A DNA stretch of 64,000 bases, taken from the sequence record PP712906.1; one strand, written 5' to 3'. The notes below the pieces were generated by a model, which saw only the letters and a program-made list of their open reading frames with translations, made no database searches and had not been told where the DNA came from. This document shows, one piece after another, positions 19,901 through 28,423 of this stretch. The translations under genes and the position numbers were made by a program. The first letter of the stretch is position 1; each line of letters begins with the position of its first letter.

Positions 19901-20312
19901 CAATACGAAATCGAGTTGTCGCTGTATCATTTTCACGTAAACTAAAATTACCACCATCGTTGATCAGATACCAACGCTTTGTACCGTCATTATCTTGAAG
20001 CAACAGACGCGGAGAACCACCTCGAATCTCAATTTCATTCGCCGTATTTGTCAGTTTACCCGTCATCGTATCGCCGATCTTTTGAACGTAGCCACCGCCC
20101 GCAATCGGGGCAAATCGAGCATCAGATTCAGCTTTTGTAAATGCAGAAGTCGTCCCACCGTTACCTAGTTCGCCTGGCAGTGGTGTGTCGTGTTCTGTGT
20201 AAATTTTGTAGCCTTGGTAGCGGATAGTCTCGCCTTGCGGGTCAAAGCGAAGATTTCCTCCGTGCCAGACTATATTACCACCAATCGCGGTAGTTGATCT
20301 TAGTTCTGCCAT
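16983..20312 (-). CDS. long tail fibre distal subunit (gp36/37-like) with peptidase S74 chaperone, copy 1
   Basis: gp36-like N-terminus, KWTTARTLT repeats, SDRRLKKNI S74 cleavage motif; CATAAATA promoter at 20343-20350. Confidence 0.9.
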   Translation of the reverse strand: MAELRSTTAIGGNIVWHGGNLRFDPQGETIRYQGYKIYTEHDTPLPGELGNGGTTSAFTKAESDARFAPIAGGGYVQKIGDTMTGKLTNTANEIEIRGGSPRLLLQDNDGTKRWYLINDGGNFSLRENDTATTRFRIDATAANFGIENIDINAKTAFRGFDSWLRINDQAAFTTGVYFGSSLVRTDGTLQVGSATASGFVVNTTAIKYKDNNVFHDGYHPNADKWTTARTLTTTLTGDVSGSASMTIDGSANATVTVTATVANDSHTHDGRYYTETESDARFANVAGDTFTGNVAISKAGGRLSFNETDYANNNSGINWITSAGQNLELIHEITDGDINTAGGNGQALIIRDNGSIASPAGLEVEGEIFAKVNQRVFHDAYHPNADKWTTARTLTIGNTGKSVDGTSNVTWTAKEITGDFYGGMYKYRRDYAVNINAPAKLLDQNGAAITQGSIRVRAVITGTGTTDTASSATFTNINGAWTVVNTTQSGASSNRINFFIDVDGDPAVSTWHTSNYTVEVYHEFVNTSGNYHSNFWGIDGVLSSVDGILKYGSNNVFHDGYHPNADKWTTARTLTLNGDVSGAVSFDGSSNATMTVTVANDSHTHDGRYYTEAESNARFANVAGDTFTGRILTPYLSDISTSNLDTAGDGSGYSFMYATSTATNKPSGQDHAVLTQSYSDLWQTQLASDWRLNKWFVRTQENGIWKSWAQVFTDIYHPNADTWTTARTLTIGNTGKSVNGSANVAWSLAEIGAVSKAGDTINGQLTIRHTNVQLNLMDSTYSDNYWQLDHQNGVMAFRYNGSASDDFRLNENGTAVFAHSVTAPTFVGSLSGNATSATTATSATTATTATYLGSSLISSNGGQDFKIRDKRALVGTTSNLIVNYGNDFTDVTVQSALLSTGRMTAYGSAASYSYASHYTSQAPFYHYKSSSGTSEYHAFMKGDINHSGGRYQHSFGAILSSSGAHTAQIVSSLNSSTTKQWSFQYSTGNFTAPGNVTAYSDRRLKKNIKLIDNALNKVGELNGYTYDKRSSFDSDEYIRETGVIAQEVEKVLPEAVMESDDEDRILSVAYGNMNGLLIEAIKELNEKVDTLQNEVQELKRPWWKKLLRL

Positions 20313-23230
20313 GTTATTCTCTCATTGAGTACGTTTATCATGTATTTATGAAGATACAAAAAAAGCTCCCGAAGGAGCTTTTATTAACTTAGTAGTGCTT
20401 CTAGTCTAGCGATTCGTTCTTCAAGAGCTTCGCGTTTGCGCTTCTCTTCTTTGATACCCTCGATCAATAGACCAACCATATTTCCGTATGCAACTGCATA
20501 GTGACCATCAGCATCGCCACCGGATTCAACAACAGCTTCTGGTAGAACTTCAAGAACTTCTTGAGCAATTACACCAGTTTGTCGCGGACATTCAACGTCT
20601 GTACGGTCATATGTGTAACCATTCAGACGGTCAATCTTCTCAAGCGGATTTGTGATTCGCTCAACGTTAGTCTTGACTCGCGCATCCGAGTATGCTGTAA
20701 TATTACCAGCAGATTGAATGCTTTGATAGTAGTAGAAACCACTTGTCGCATCAGTTGAGTTATGAATCCATGATGTATTACGAGCTCCGAAATGCCATGT
20801 CTTCCCGTTGTCAGAACGAAAAAGCCAGCTACCTTCGTTTGCCGAGTTTTGCATATATCGTGTAGTATCGCCACCCAATGCAATGACGTTCTTAACCATC
20901 AGGTTACCGCCAGTCGTCAACGACATTGCCCCATCAGTCGCTGAGTCACCCTCATCACGCCACAAGAATCCACGATCCGTATCGTTGTTCATTGTGAACG
21001 TCATTGCGTAGTCATTCAACCAACCAAAGGATTGTGCGCTTGCCATGCCAATTGTATATGAACCACTAGACCACACTCGAATCTTATCATAAGAAGAAAC
21101 ACCAGTTGAGATCAATGTCCCATTGACTGTGAAGCTTCCATCAGAATGAGTATGATTGTGTGAATCATCCGCAACTGCAACAGATAATGTAACGTTTGCG
21201 CTACCGTCGATTGAAGCAGAACCACTCACATCGCCGTTCAGAGTCAGAGTACGAGCCGTAGTCCACTTATCTGCCAACGGGTGATAAGATGAGTTGTAGT
21301 TCGCACGCCATCCCGGTGAATATCCAGACCCATTATCAATGTATATGAATTCTTGTCTAGTTGTCGCACCAGAAGCAGTTGTCGGTGTAATAACTTTGAT
21401 TGTGCAGTTTGTTGTTGAAGTACCATGAACTTCAATCACAGAACCCGCAGTACCAAACACACCAAATCCAGTGTCTACCGTCACCTGAGCAGCATATGAC
21501 CAACTACCACGACATGTCCAATACCAAGTTGAGAACGCGCCTTGTGCAGACAGCAATGAAATAAATTCAGCAGTCGTTACTCGATTATTTGTCCCAAATG
21601 AAATTTGACCTGCACCGTTAGTGCCTGTAACCTCTTGAGGAGACCATGATACGTTCGCTGTACCGTTTACAGACTTGCCAGTTTTCCCGATTGTCAACGT
21701 ACGAGCAGTCGTCCACTTCGTCGCTTGTGTAGCTGAAGTCGCAGATGTCGCAGTCGTAGCGTTACCACTCAATTCCCCGATGAATGTCGGTGCTGTGATA
21801 TTGACAGTCGATGTAATTGAAGTACTATTAACCGAAAATTGTTTATTGTCAGCTAGTATACCACCGACGCCAAGAACAACCTCACCTGCCGTGTTTGAGT
21901 TGTGCAAATACACAGCAGTTCGGTTACCAATCAATCCAAATTTATCAACTTTAACCGTTTCAGATGCAGGAGCCGTATTGCCAGCAGAGTCAGTGATGAT
22001 CAATGATGAACTCATCGTATCACCAGTTTTCTGTACGTAGCCGCCGCCCGCAATAGGTGCGAATCTCGCGTCTGCTTCAGTCTCGGTGTAGTATCGACCA
22101 TCGTGCGTATGTGAGTCATTAGCAACCACAACAGACAAGGTAACGTTTGAGCTACCGTCGATTGAAGCAGAACCACTTACATCGCCGTTCAGAGTCAATG
22201 TTCTTGCAGTTGTCCACTTATCAGCCAATGGGTGATATTCATCATCAAAAATCTTCATCCACGCTGAACTAACACCAGACTCTCGACGCTTCCACCATAG
22301 ACGATTACTATTCTGACCCATAGCAAGAGTCATTGCATAACCGTTACCATTGTTGTGCTCAGTATGAACACCCCACATCCAACCAGTTTCTTCAGCAGGT
22401 TTACCCGTGATTGAGCTATTTACATCAATGAAACCGCTTCGTTGGTAATCATCAATGTCACCAGAAGATAGCTGCATCGAGCCGATTTTACCGCCAGATG
22501 TTCCACCAAAACCGTAAACCACGTTACTTGACTGAGCTTGTGTAGTAGGTACATTCAAGTAACCAGTCATCGTATCGCCAGTCGCGTTTACGAAACGAGC
22601 ATCAGATTCTGCTTCGGTGTAGTAACGACCATCGTGAGTATGAGAGTCGTCAGCAACTGTAACTGCGAGTGAAATATTCGAGCTACCATCAAACGAAACT
22701 GATCCACTAACATCACCAGATAACGTCAACGTTCTTGCAGTTGTCCACTTATCAGCTTCTGGGTGGTAGTCGGTGTGGTACATATAAACCCAGTCTTCCC
22801 ACACGTCTGAGTATCTCGTACGAAGTGCAATTGTACCTGAGTTGCCGCTTATACCATATGGGTAAGCAACTTGAGTCGCGTTAGTAGTCGAACCATATGT
22901 CATTGTCTGAGCATACCAGTAACCAGTAAACCCAGCAGGTCGATTTAGACCTTGTGATAACTTGTTGTAAAAGCCACCTCGATAAAGAGTATCCCAGTCA
23001 ACTGTGGTATCAACACCCGATAGAGTACGCCCCGTCGCGATATATTCAGGGTTACTTGCGCTCAGACCAACTTCAGCGTATGTTGTATGATTTGGAACAA
23101 CTGTATTGATAGTGACGTTTGAACTACCATCAATTGAAACTGAACCAGTTACTTCGCCTGATAGAGTAAGCGTTCTTGCAGTCGTCCATTTATCGGCATT
23201 TGGGTGATAGTTGTCTGCAAAAATTCGCTG
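18100..23230 (-). repeat. dispersed coding repeats in both tail fibres
   Basis: About 9 copies of (Y)HP.AD(K/T)WTTARTLT and 4 of DSHTHDGRYYTE.E.DARF, similar at DNA level. Confidence 0.9.
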
Positions 23231-23659
23231 CGTTGTGTTTAGATAACCAATACCGTTGATAACAACGTTGTTGTTTGATCTAGAACCGTACATTACAACC
23301 GATTCAGAATTCGATTCACGTCTGATAATCTGCCATTGATTTACATCGCCATCATAGTGATAACGAACCCCGTGATTTCCGTTGTCCTCAGTCAAGTATA
23401 GACTTGCATCGGTGCTTGCAGTACTGCTCAAGTGCAATTGCGCAGTCGATTTGGCGATTTGCAAATCGCCACTCATGACATCACCAGCACGTTTAACAAC
23501 AGACTCGGTTAAATCTGTATGCGGGTCTGGCTTGTCATTTTCTGTATAAAGTTTGTAGCCATTGTAAAGTACTGTTTCTCCTTGCGGATCGAAACGCAAA
23601 TTACCGCCATGCCAAACTATGTTACCGCCAATCGCGGTTGTTGAACGTAATTCTGCCAT
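20384..23659 (-). CDS. long tail fibre distal subunit (gp36/37-like) with peptidase S74 chaperone, copy 2
   Basis: Same 29-aa N-terminus as copy 1, SDARVKTNV motif; own late promoter (23698-23705) and terminator (20360-20383). Confidence 0.9.
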   Translation of the reverse strand: MAELRSTTAIGGNIVWHGGNLRFDPQGETVLYNGYKLYTENDKPDPHTDLTESVVKRAGDVMSGDLQIAKSTAQLHLSSTASTDASLYLTEDNGNHGVRYHYDGDVNQWQIIRRESNSESVVMYGSRSNNNVVINGIGYLNTTQRIFADNYHPNADKWTTARTLTLSGEVTGSVSIDGSSNVTINTVVPNHTTYAEVGLSASNPEYIATGRTLSGVDTTVDWDTLYRGGFYNKLSQGLNRPAGFTGYWYAQTMTYGSTTNATQVAYPYGISGNSGTIALRTRYSDVWEDWVYMYHTDYHPEADKWTTARTLTLSGDVSGSVSFDGSSNISLAVTVADDSHTHDGRYYTEAESDARFVNATGDTMTGYLNVPTTQAQSSNVVYGFGGTSGGKIGSMQLSSGDIDDYQRSGFIDVNSSITGKPAEETGWMWGVHTEHNNGNGYAMTLAMGQNSNRLWWKRRESGVSSAWMKIFDDEYHPLADKWTTARTLTLNGDVSGSASIDGSSNVTLSVVVANDSHTHDGRYYTETEADARFAPIAGGGYVQKTGDTMSSSLIITDSAGNTAPASETVKVDKFGLIGNRTAVYLHNSNTAGEVVLGVGGILADNKQFSVNSTSITSTVNITAPTFIGELSGNATTATSATSATQATKWTTARTLTIGKTGKSVNGTANVSWSPQEVTGTNGAGQISFGTNNRVTTAEFISLLSAQGAFSTWYWTCRGSWSYAAQVTVDTGFGVFGTAGSVIEVHGTSTTNCTIKVITPTTASGATTRQEFIYIDNGSGYSPGWRANYNSSYHPLADKWTTARTLTLNGDVSGSASIDGSANVTLSVAVADDSHNHTHSDGSFTVNGTLISTGVSSYDKIRVWSSGSYTIGMASAQSFGWLNDYAMTFTMNNDTDRGFLWRDEGDSATDGAMSLTTGGNLMVKNVIALGGDTTRYMQNSANEGSWLFRSDNGKTWHFGARNTSWIHNSTDATSGFYYYQSIQSAGNITAYSDARVKTNVERITNPLEKIDRLNGYTYDRTDVECPRQTGVIAQEVLEVLPEAVVESGGDADGHYAVAYGNMVGLLIEGIKEEKRKREALEERIARLEALLS

Positions 23660-23723
23660 TAGTTTCATTCCATTTATTGAAATTTTTCATATGACAGTAT
23701 TTATTATGCCGTAAAAAAGGGCG

Positions 23724-24254
23724 CTATTTGCGCCCCTTACGATTTGCCTTATTTGCTTTTCTTTTTGCTCTACGCAATTCTTTGCGTTTTGCGATTTTGT
23801 CTGCACGTCTAACTGCATCATAATCCGCAGCACACGACGCAGCAAACGCATCAGGCTTGAAAACGGGTTCTTGACCCACGTATCCCAAGATAGTGCCCTT
23901 AGCTTCGTTATACGCAACGTGTGAACGATGGGATGGGTCTGGGTTGATGTCAACGTGAACTTCAAACCCACGAGTACCACACATTGGCTTAACACGCAGA
24001 GCAGTTTCACCTGCTTTATAGACTTCATTCATCAAACGACTACGAATACCATCTTTACACGACATGTACGCTGGTTCAGTTTCGATAGATTTGAATACTT
24101 GAGCGCCTTTGCTACCCTCAAGGTGAATGATGATTACAGTAGCGTAACTAATCATATCACTCTTACGCTTGCTATCACACCCAACATAAATCGTACTGTT
24201 CGGATGACTGTTATTGATAGCTGTTTCAATTGCTTCCCAATCGAACATTTTCAC
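23724..24254 (-). CDS. RNase H-like YkuK family protein
   Basis: IYVGCDS, RL..EV, EVHVDIN motifs. Confidence 0.8.
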   Translation of the reverse strand: MKMFDWEAIETAINNSHPNSTIYVGCDSKRKSDMISYATVIIIHLEGSKGAQVFKSIETEPAYMSCKDGIRSRLMNEVYKAGETALRVKPMCGTRGFEVHVDINPDPSHRSHVAYNEAKGTILGYVGQEPVFKPDAFAASCAADYDAVRRADKIAKRKELRRAKRKANKANRKGRK

Positions 24255-24298
24255 CTCTGTACAAAAAAGGGCAGCACAATGCCGCCCTTATCACTTAT

Positions 24299-25735
24299 TT
24301 AAAAGCTGTAGCGTTCAACGCCTACAGTTTTCAGCATGATCTTGACTGGCTCAAGCTCACCACCCAACAGTGAAGTCAGGATAGATGGGCTACAACCCGA
24401 TACCAGTGCAGTACCCGCTTCGCCAGCTTTAACCGGAACGTTGCCAAGACGACCACGAATGTTCCAGAAGACTAGTTGTGGCATTTCATAGCCAGCACGT
24501 GCGTACATAGCTTTGATTGCGTCGAAGTTTGCACGTTCGCCACGACCGTACCAGCCACCACCAGTATTTGCTTGGTCGAATTCCATGTCGCTCATGATAA
24601 GCAACTTAGTCGGCATTTCTTCTTGTGAAAGATTTGCACGTTTCGCACGTTCTAACAGAACGTTGAAGCACTTACCGATGTTTGTGCTCATGTCTTCGCC
24701 TGATCGGTTCATGTTGTCAAGACGCTCTTTTAGTGAGCTACCGCGTAACTGGTGGAAGTGCGGATCGCTTGAGAAGGAAATGAACTGATCTTTGAAGATG
24801 CCTTCATTGCGTTCAGCAACATAGATGCCAAGAGACATTGCAACTTGCTTACAAGTCACACCTGAACGATCTGCACCTGCGTTGATTGGCGTGCTCATAG
24901 AGCCAGACACGTCAACAACTGGGATGATGCGCTCATCAGAGCCTTCCATGTAGTTCGGCAGGGCTTTCCATTGCTCGTTCGCTACAGACGCATTACCATG
25001 ACTAACGCTCTTAACGACATCATATGGGAACAAGGCACCAGCGTTGATCTTCGCTTCACCTTTTTGAAGCGACTCGATGTAGCTTGTGTAACGAGCAGAA
25101 GCATTACGACCGAATGCTTGTTGATAACGAGCCGACGCTACAGATGGCAACTTACCGAAGTCGATTGTATCCCATTCTTGCGCACACATCTTCTGTTCAA
25201 CAGTGTCAGACAAAAGTGCTAGAATCTTACGCCACTGCTTCGCAGTTACGCCAAGAGACTTGATTGTGCGCTTGAACACATGACCGTTTTTGCTGTTCTC
25301 GCGTGGGAACCACTTCGCAGCGAGACTGTTCTTGTCGTTTACAATCGCATTTGTCCACAGCGTGATCGCGTCTTTTTCAAGACGTGTACCGAAAGCAGAA
25401 ATCAAGTCGTCGAAACGACCTAGTTCTGGAATTTTCGACATTACAGCACGAGCTACGTCAGGCTGCTCATTACAAAGCTTAGTGAATAGAGTACGGAAAG
25501 TACCACGTTCACCCGCACCACCGCGAACATCACGAGACCACAAAAGAATACGTGTCGCTAGTTCTGGGTTTTCTGCAAACGCACGACCGAACAGTGTTTT
25601 AGACTGATCGTTACCACGCATAGCAGCAATACCGAAGAACAAGTTTAGACACTCGTTACCTGAAGTGCTGTGAGTAACTGCACCGTTTGCTGTACGTGAA
25701 TCGTTAGTGGTCATTGCGTTCATAAATGCTGACAT
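24299..25735 (-). CDS. DUF2828 family TROVE-like/vWA protein
   Basis: T.NGA..HSTSG..CL.LF N-terminus, helical region with RD.RGGAGER, MIDAS VVDVSGSM, ISFSS, MSDMEFD. Confidence 0.85.
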   Translation of the reverse strand: MSAFMNAMTTNDSRTANGAVTHSTSGNECLNLFFGIAAMRGNDQSKTLFGRAFAENPELATRILLWSRDVRGGAGERGTFRTLFTKLCNEQPDVARAVMSKIPELGRFDDLISAFGTRLEKDAITLWTNAIVNDKNSLAAKWFPRENSKNGHVFKRTIKSLGVTAKQWRKILALLSDTVEQKMCAQEWDTIDFGKLPSVASARYQQAFGRNASARYTSYIESLQKGEAKINAGALFPYDVVKSVSHGNASVANEQWKALPNYMEGSDERIIPVVDVSGSMSTPINAGADRSGVTCKQVAMSLGIYVAERNEGIFKDQFISFSSDPHFHQLRGSSLKERLDNMNRSGEDMSTNIGKCFNVLLERAKRANLSQEEMPTKLLIMSDMEFDQANTGGGWYGRGERANFDAIKAMYARAGYEMPQLVFWNIRGRLGNVPVKAGEAGTALVSGCSPSILTSLLGGELEPVKIMLKTVGVERYSF

Positions 25736-25770
25736 TGTTTATTCCTCATATTAAATTGCTGTAAAATGTC
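25729..25770 (-). promoter_or_regulatory. 5'-leader CAGCAA-motif hairpin occluding RBS and AUG (copy A)
   Basis: GACAUUUUA-CAGCAA-UUUAAUAUGAGGAAUAAAC-AAUGUC; the 3' strand contains the start codon. Confidence 0.75.
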
Positions 25771-25784
25771 GTTTTGATGTGATG

Positions 25785-25813
25785 ATTATACACGGATTTG
25801 AACCTGTGTAAAC
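25785..25813 (-). promoter_or_regulatory. T4-type early promoter
   Basis: GTTTAC-17 nt-TATAAT with upstream A-tract. Confidence 0.8.
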
Positions 25814-25827
25814 ACTTTTTTCAATTT

Positions 25828-26142
25828 TTATCGAAAATTCATTCGAGTTAGATTCGTACCGTTTTCGTGAATCTCAACTAGCACGCGACCGCCCGTTTCA
25901 TAAGACGTTCGGAGAGAACGATAACCATGCTCTTCGAAGAATGTACGAATAATAGTCGCACCACGCTTGTCTTTATCAGCAGCGTGAATGGGCACTTTTA
26001 CGATGATAGGGAAACTAGACCCTGACTCAACTGCGTGCATGAATTCTTTCTCACATTCGCTCGTGTAATGCTCGATAAGAATTCGTTTTTCTTCTGCTTC
26101 ACGAGCGTGAATTTGTTGTTTGAGTTCATTATGATTAATCAT
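25828..26142 (-). CDS. hypothetical protein
   Basis: Coupled ORF; resembles its upstream neighbour (FPI.V.V). Confidence 0.7.
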   Translation of the reverse strand: MINHNELKQQIHAREAEEKRILIEHYTSECEKEFMHAVESGSSFPIIVKVPIHAADKDKRGATIIRTFFEEHGYRSLRTSYETGGRVLVEIHENGTNLTRMNFR

Positions 26143-26474
26143 TGAAACCCCGCTTGTTTGTTTTCTCGAATTGTCAATTTGACAAAAGAATATGAGTAAT
26201 CTCTCATATCACGCGGATCGCCAGAGTAATGTCCGAACTGTGCGTCGAAGTTATGAAAACCCTCGCGTCGCATGACGCCTTTGATGAGAGACATCATTTC
26301 ATCACAACATTCATTGCGGTCAACATTCACCTGAATCGTGATTGGAAACTGAAACCCAGCAACGCCACCGATTTTACGTTCGATTGCTTTGCGCATTTCA
26401 ACTACGAAGAGTTCTTCACGAGTTGAGCGATTCTGTTTGACTTTTTGAATTAATGTATCGTATAAATTACCCAT
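26139..26474 (-). CDS. hypothetical protein
   Basis: Start at MGNLY; coupled ORF. Confidence 0.7.
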   Translation of the reverse strand: MGNLYDTLIQKVKQNRSTREELFVVEMRKAIERKIGGVAGFQFPITIQVNVDRNECCDEMMSLIKGVMRREGFHNFDAQFGHYSGDPRDMRDYSYSFVKLTIRENKQAGFQ

Positions 26475-26841
26475 CAATATATTCCTTAATCGGCTTAGAA
26501 AAGTGACGAATACAAGAACTGTCAAGTCGTTTACGACCATCACCATCTATATCAGGTAGTGTGTATTCGTCATTAAACGGCTGACCGCTTTCTTTCGCAA
26601 TCTCATAGGCATCGGCTCGATTGAAGTATTCACCACAATAGTTGATAAACCCTTGACCGCGATCCCCGAGTTCGTTTCGATGTTCATATGTACAACCTAG
26701 TTCTTTCAATAACTTAAAGACTGATTGCATGTTTCGACCGAAATGGCAGCTATCAGCAACAACAATGTCGCGCACTTCACCGTTCGGTAGTGTTACTCGA
26801 ATTGCATTAGCAGCAGACGATATTACATTGACGTGCGACAT
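26467..26841 (-). CDS. conserved phage hypothetical protein
   Basis: QGF...G.YFNR.DAY.IA..SGQ pattern. Confidence 0.7.
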   Translation of the reverse strand: MSHVNVISSAANAIRVTLPNGEVRDIVVADSCHFGRNMQSVFKLLKELGCTYEHRNELGDRGQGFINYCGEYFNRADAYEIAKESGQPFNDEYTLPDIDGDGRKRLDSSCIRHFSKPIKEYIDG

Positions 26842-27182
26842 GTATCGTACCTCATAAAAATTGAACCAACGCGCTTATACTGACCAGAGTGAGAAAGCAA
26901 CAGAGCCATTTTACTATGGCCAACGGGATTGCTTGTCACTAGAACAACAGTGCGCGGAAAATTACGATGATCAATCGCATGAGAGAGAATATCATACCCC
27001 TCTCTACCAACATCATCACCTAGGTCATTGTCCATGAATAGCGTGATGTCAGTTAGATTTGTGTGCTTGACAAAATTCATACCGTCTTCGAATGTACGAA
27101 GAACTAGCTTTTCATCGTCGCGTACATAATCTGACGTGTATTTGTCAATACTGCGAAGATCATCAATCATAACGTAGTACAT
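26823..27182 (-). CDS. cyclic-phosphate-processing receiver-like domain protein
   Basis: IDDLR, MDNDLG...GYD, TSNPVG motifs. Confidence 0.7.
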   Translation of the reverse strand: MYYVMIDDLRSIDKYTSDYVRDDEKLVLRTFEDGMNFVKHTNLTDITLFMDNDLGDDVGREGYDILSHAIDHRNFPRTVVLVTSNPVGHSKMALLLSHSGQYKRVGSIFMRYDTCRTSM

Positions 27183-27244
27183 AATATTTCTCTTTCGATA
27201 GTGTTGATAAATACATCATACAGGTTCAACAAACGGAAGTCAAC

Positions 27245-27616
27245 ATGAACGACGAAAAAATTATTTCTTTTGATGAATATCTAAATGAAGGGTGGTTTGA
27301 AAGGCAATGGGCTAGATATAAGGCAGGTGAAGATGCACGCAGCATAAAGAAACTAGCTAAGATGCATACCAAGCTTCTGCACATCGAACAGAAAGCAAAG
27401 CAAAACAAATACCGATACGAAGCCGTACGGTTCAACTACGAACACATCAAAATGAATGTGCTCGATGCCAAGAAGCTAATTAACAAGCTGCGATACAAGA
27501 AAGGGATTAGTCAAGAGCTAGTTCAGGCAATGGATAAACTAGACATTGAACTTGATAGACTCAACGACTTTGCCGTTGAGGGATTGCATGAGCTAATGAT
27601 TCAACATAAGCTATAA
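27245..27616 (+). CDS. putative internal head protein
   Basis: GATAAATA late promoter at 27206; N-terminus ISFDEYLNE resembles a T4 capsid-targeting sequence. Confidence 0.6.
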   Translation: MNDEKIISFDEYLNEGWFERQWARYKAGEDARSIKKLAKMHTKLLHIEQKAKQNKYRYEAVRFNYEHIKMNVLDAKKLINKLRYKKGISQELVQAMDKLDIELDRLNDFAVEGLHELMIQHKL

Positions 27617-27647
27617 AAGAAAAGCCCCGTTTTTGGGGCTTTTTTGT
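27617..27647. terminator. bidirectional terminator
   Basis: AAAAGCCCC-GTTTTT-GGGGCTTTTT. Confidence 0.75.
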
Positions 27648-27860
27648 TTAATGTGAGTGGCGTAACTTCTTTTCGATCATTCGATCTACAATCGTGGAGT
27701 ACATAAGATGCTCTTTGTAGTATTTCTCATCAACTCGGTTGCACTGGAATTGTCGAAAATCTTTGCGTAAGCGGGCAATGAATTTATTAAGTGCTTTGCG
27801 CACTTTGCAAACTTCAGACAGTTCCATGCTTTTTAGTGTATCTTCAGAAAGTATTTCCAT
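27648..27860 (-). CDS. hypothetical protein
   Basis: GAGGTG RBS. Confidence 0.65.
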   Translation of the reverse strand: MEILSEDTLKSMELSEVCKVRKALNKFIARLRKDFRQFQCNRVDEKYYKEHLMYSTIVDRMIEKKLRHSH

Positions 27861-27888
27861 GATTGTTCACCTCTTAGTTAATAGAATA

Positions 27889-27934
27889 CGGGAGACACGG
27901 GAATCGAACCCATTGCCTTGACCACATATCTCCC
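27889..27934 (-). ncRNA. 46-nt tRNA-like mini RNA (acceptor and T arm, no anticodon arm)
   Basis: GGGAGAU/GUCUCCC acceptor, AUGGG-UUCGAUU-CCCGU T arm, UGGUCAAGGC D-loop-like linker; no encoded CCA. Confidence 0.6.
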
Positions 27935-27958
27935 ACTGAGAGTTACGCCAATCTGATT

Positions 27959-28183
27959 TTAATGTGCTAGACTCATCAAACGGCGCATACGTTCGCGTTC
28001 TGAAAGCTCATCCAAATTATCTACTTTCACCTCTTTGACTTCTTCTTTCGGCTCTTCTGTCTCATCTGTTTTACGAGCACCGGGACCGATGTTTTTCCAA
28101 AGTGGACTATTGCGCCAGTTGTCGTTGAAACCATTGCCTAGACCACGCCCTTCGCGTGCGTGCGATTTGTTATGAATGCTCAT
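27959..28183 (-). CDS. hypothetical protein
   Basis: Coupled to the upstream gene. Confidence 0.65.
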   Translation of the reverse strand: MSIHNKSHAREGRGLGNGFNDNWRNSPLWKNIGPGARKTDETEEPKEEVKEVKVDNLDELSERERMRRLMSLAH

Positions 28184-28386
28184 TATTCGTTTGATTTCTT
28201 TGTTACTTGTCTTGCAATACCTACAGCAGCAGCACCAGCAGCTACTTTAGCACCTGTCTTTGCCGCTTTACCGGCTTTCTTTGCACCAGACTTGACACGA
28301 TCTTTGATAGAACGTTTCTTTTTCTTATCTTCTGGTCGAGATTCTTCAATTTCTGACATGAATTTGTCAAAGGTCTTTTCACTCAT
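28183..28386 (-). CDS. Lys/Ala-rich basic protein, putative internal head protein
   Basis: N-terminus MSEKTFDKFMSEIEE; ACTAAATA late-like promoter at 28417-28424. Confidence 0.6.
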   Translation of the reverse strand: MSEKTFDKFMSEIEESRPEDKKKKRSIKDRVKSGAKKAGKAAKTGAKVAAGAAAVGIARQVTKKSNE

Positions 28387-28423
28387 GACTTATCTCCAGT
28401 TAGTTGAGTTCATTTGTATTTAG

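Noticed and set aside
18100-23230. Repeats in the tail fibres as a CRISPR or DGR array
   Set aside because: They are in-frame, degenerate at synonymous sites and unevenly spaced, and no reverse transcriptase or cas gene is present.
25687-25702. UACAGCAA inside the DUF2828 coding region
   Set aside because: It encodes the conserved T-A-N-G segment and has no evident partner strand; probably coincidental.
25791-25806. GGTTCAAATCC T-loop-like sequence
   Set aside because: It lies in the promoter spacer upstream of the predicted start site, with no acceptor stem.
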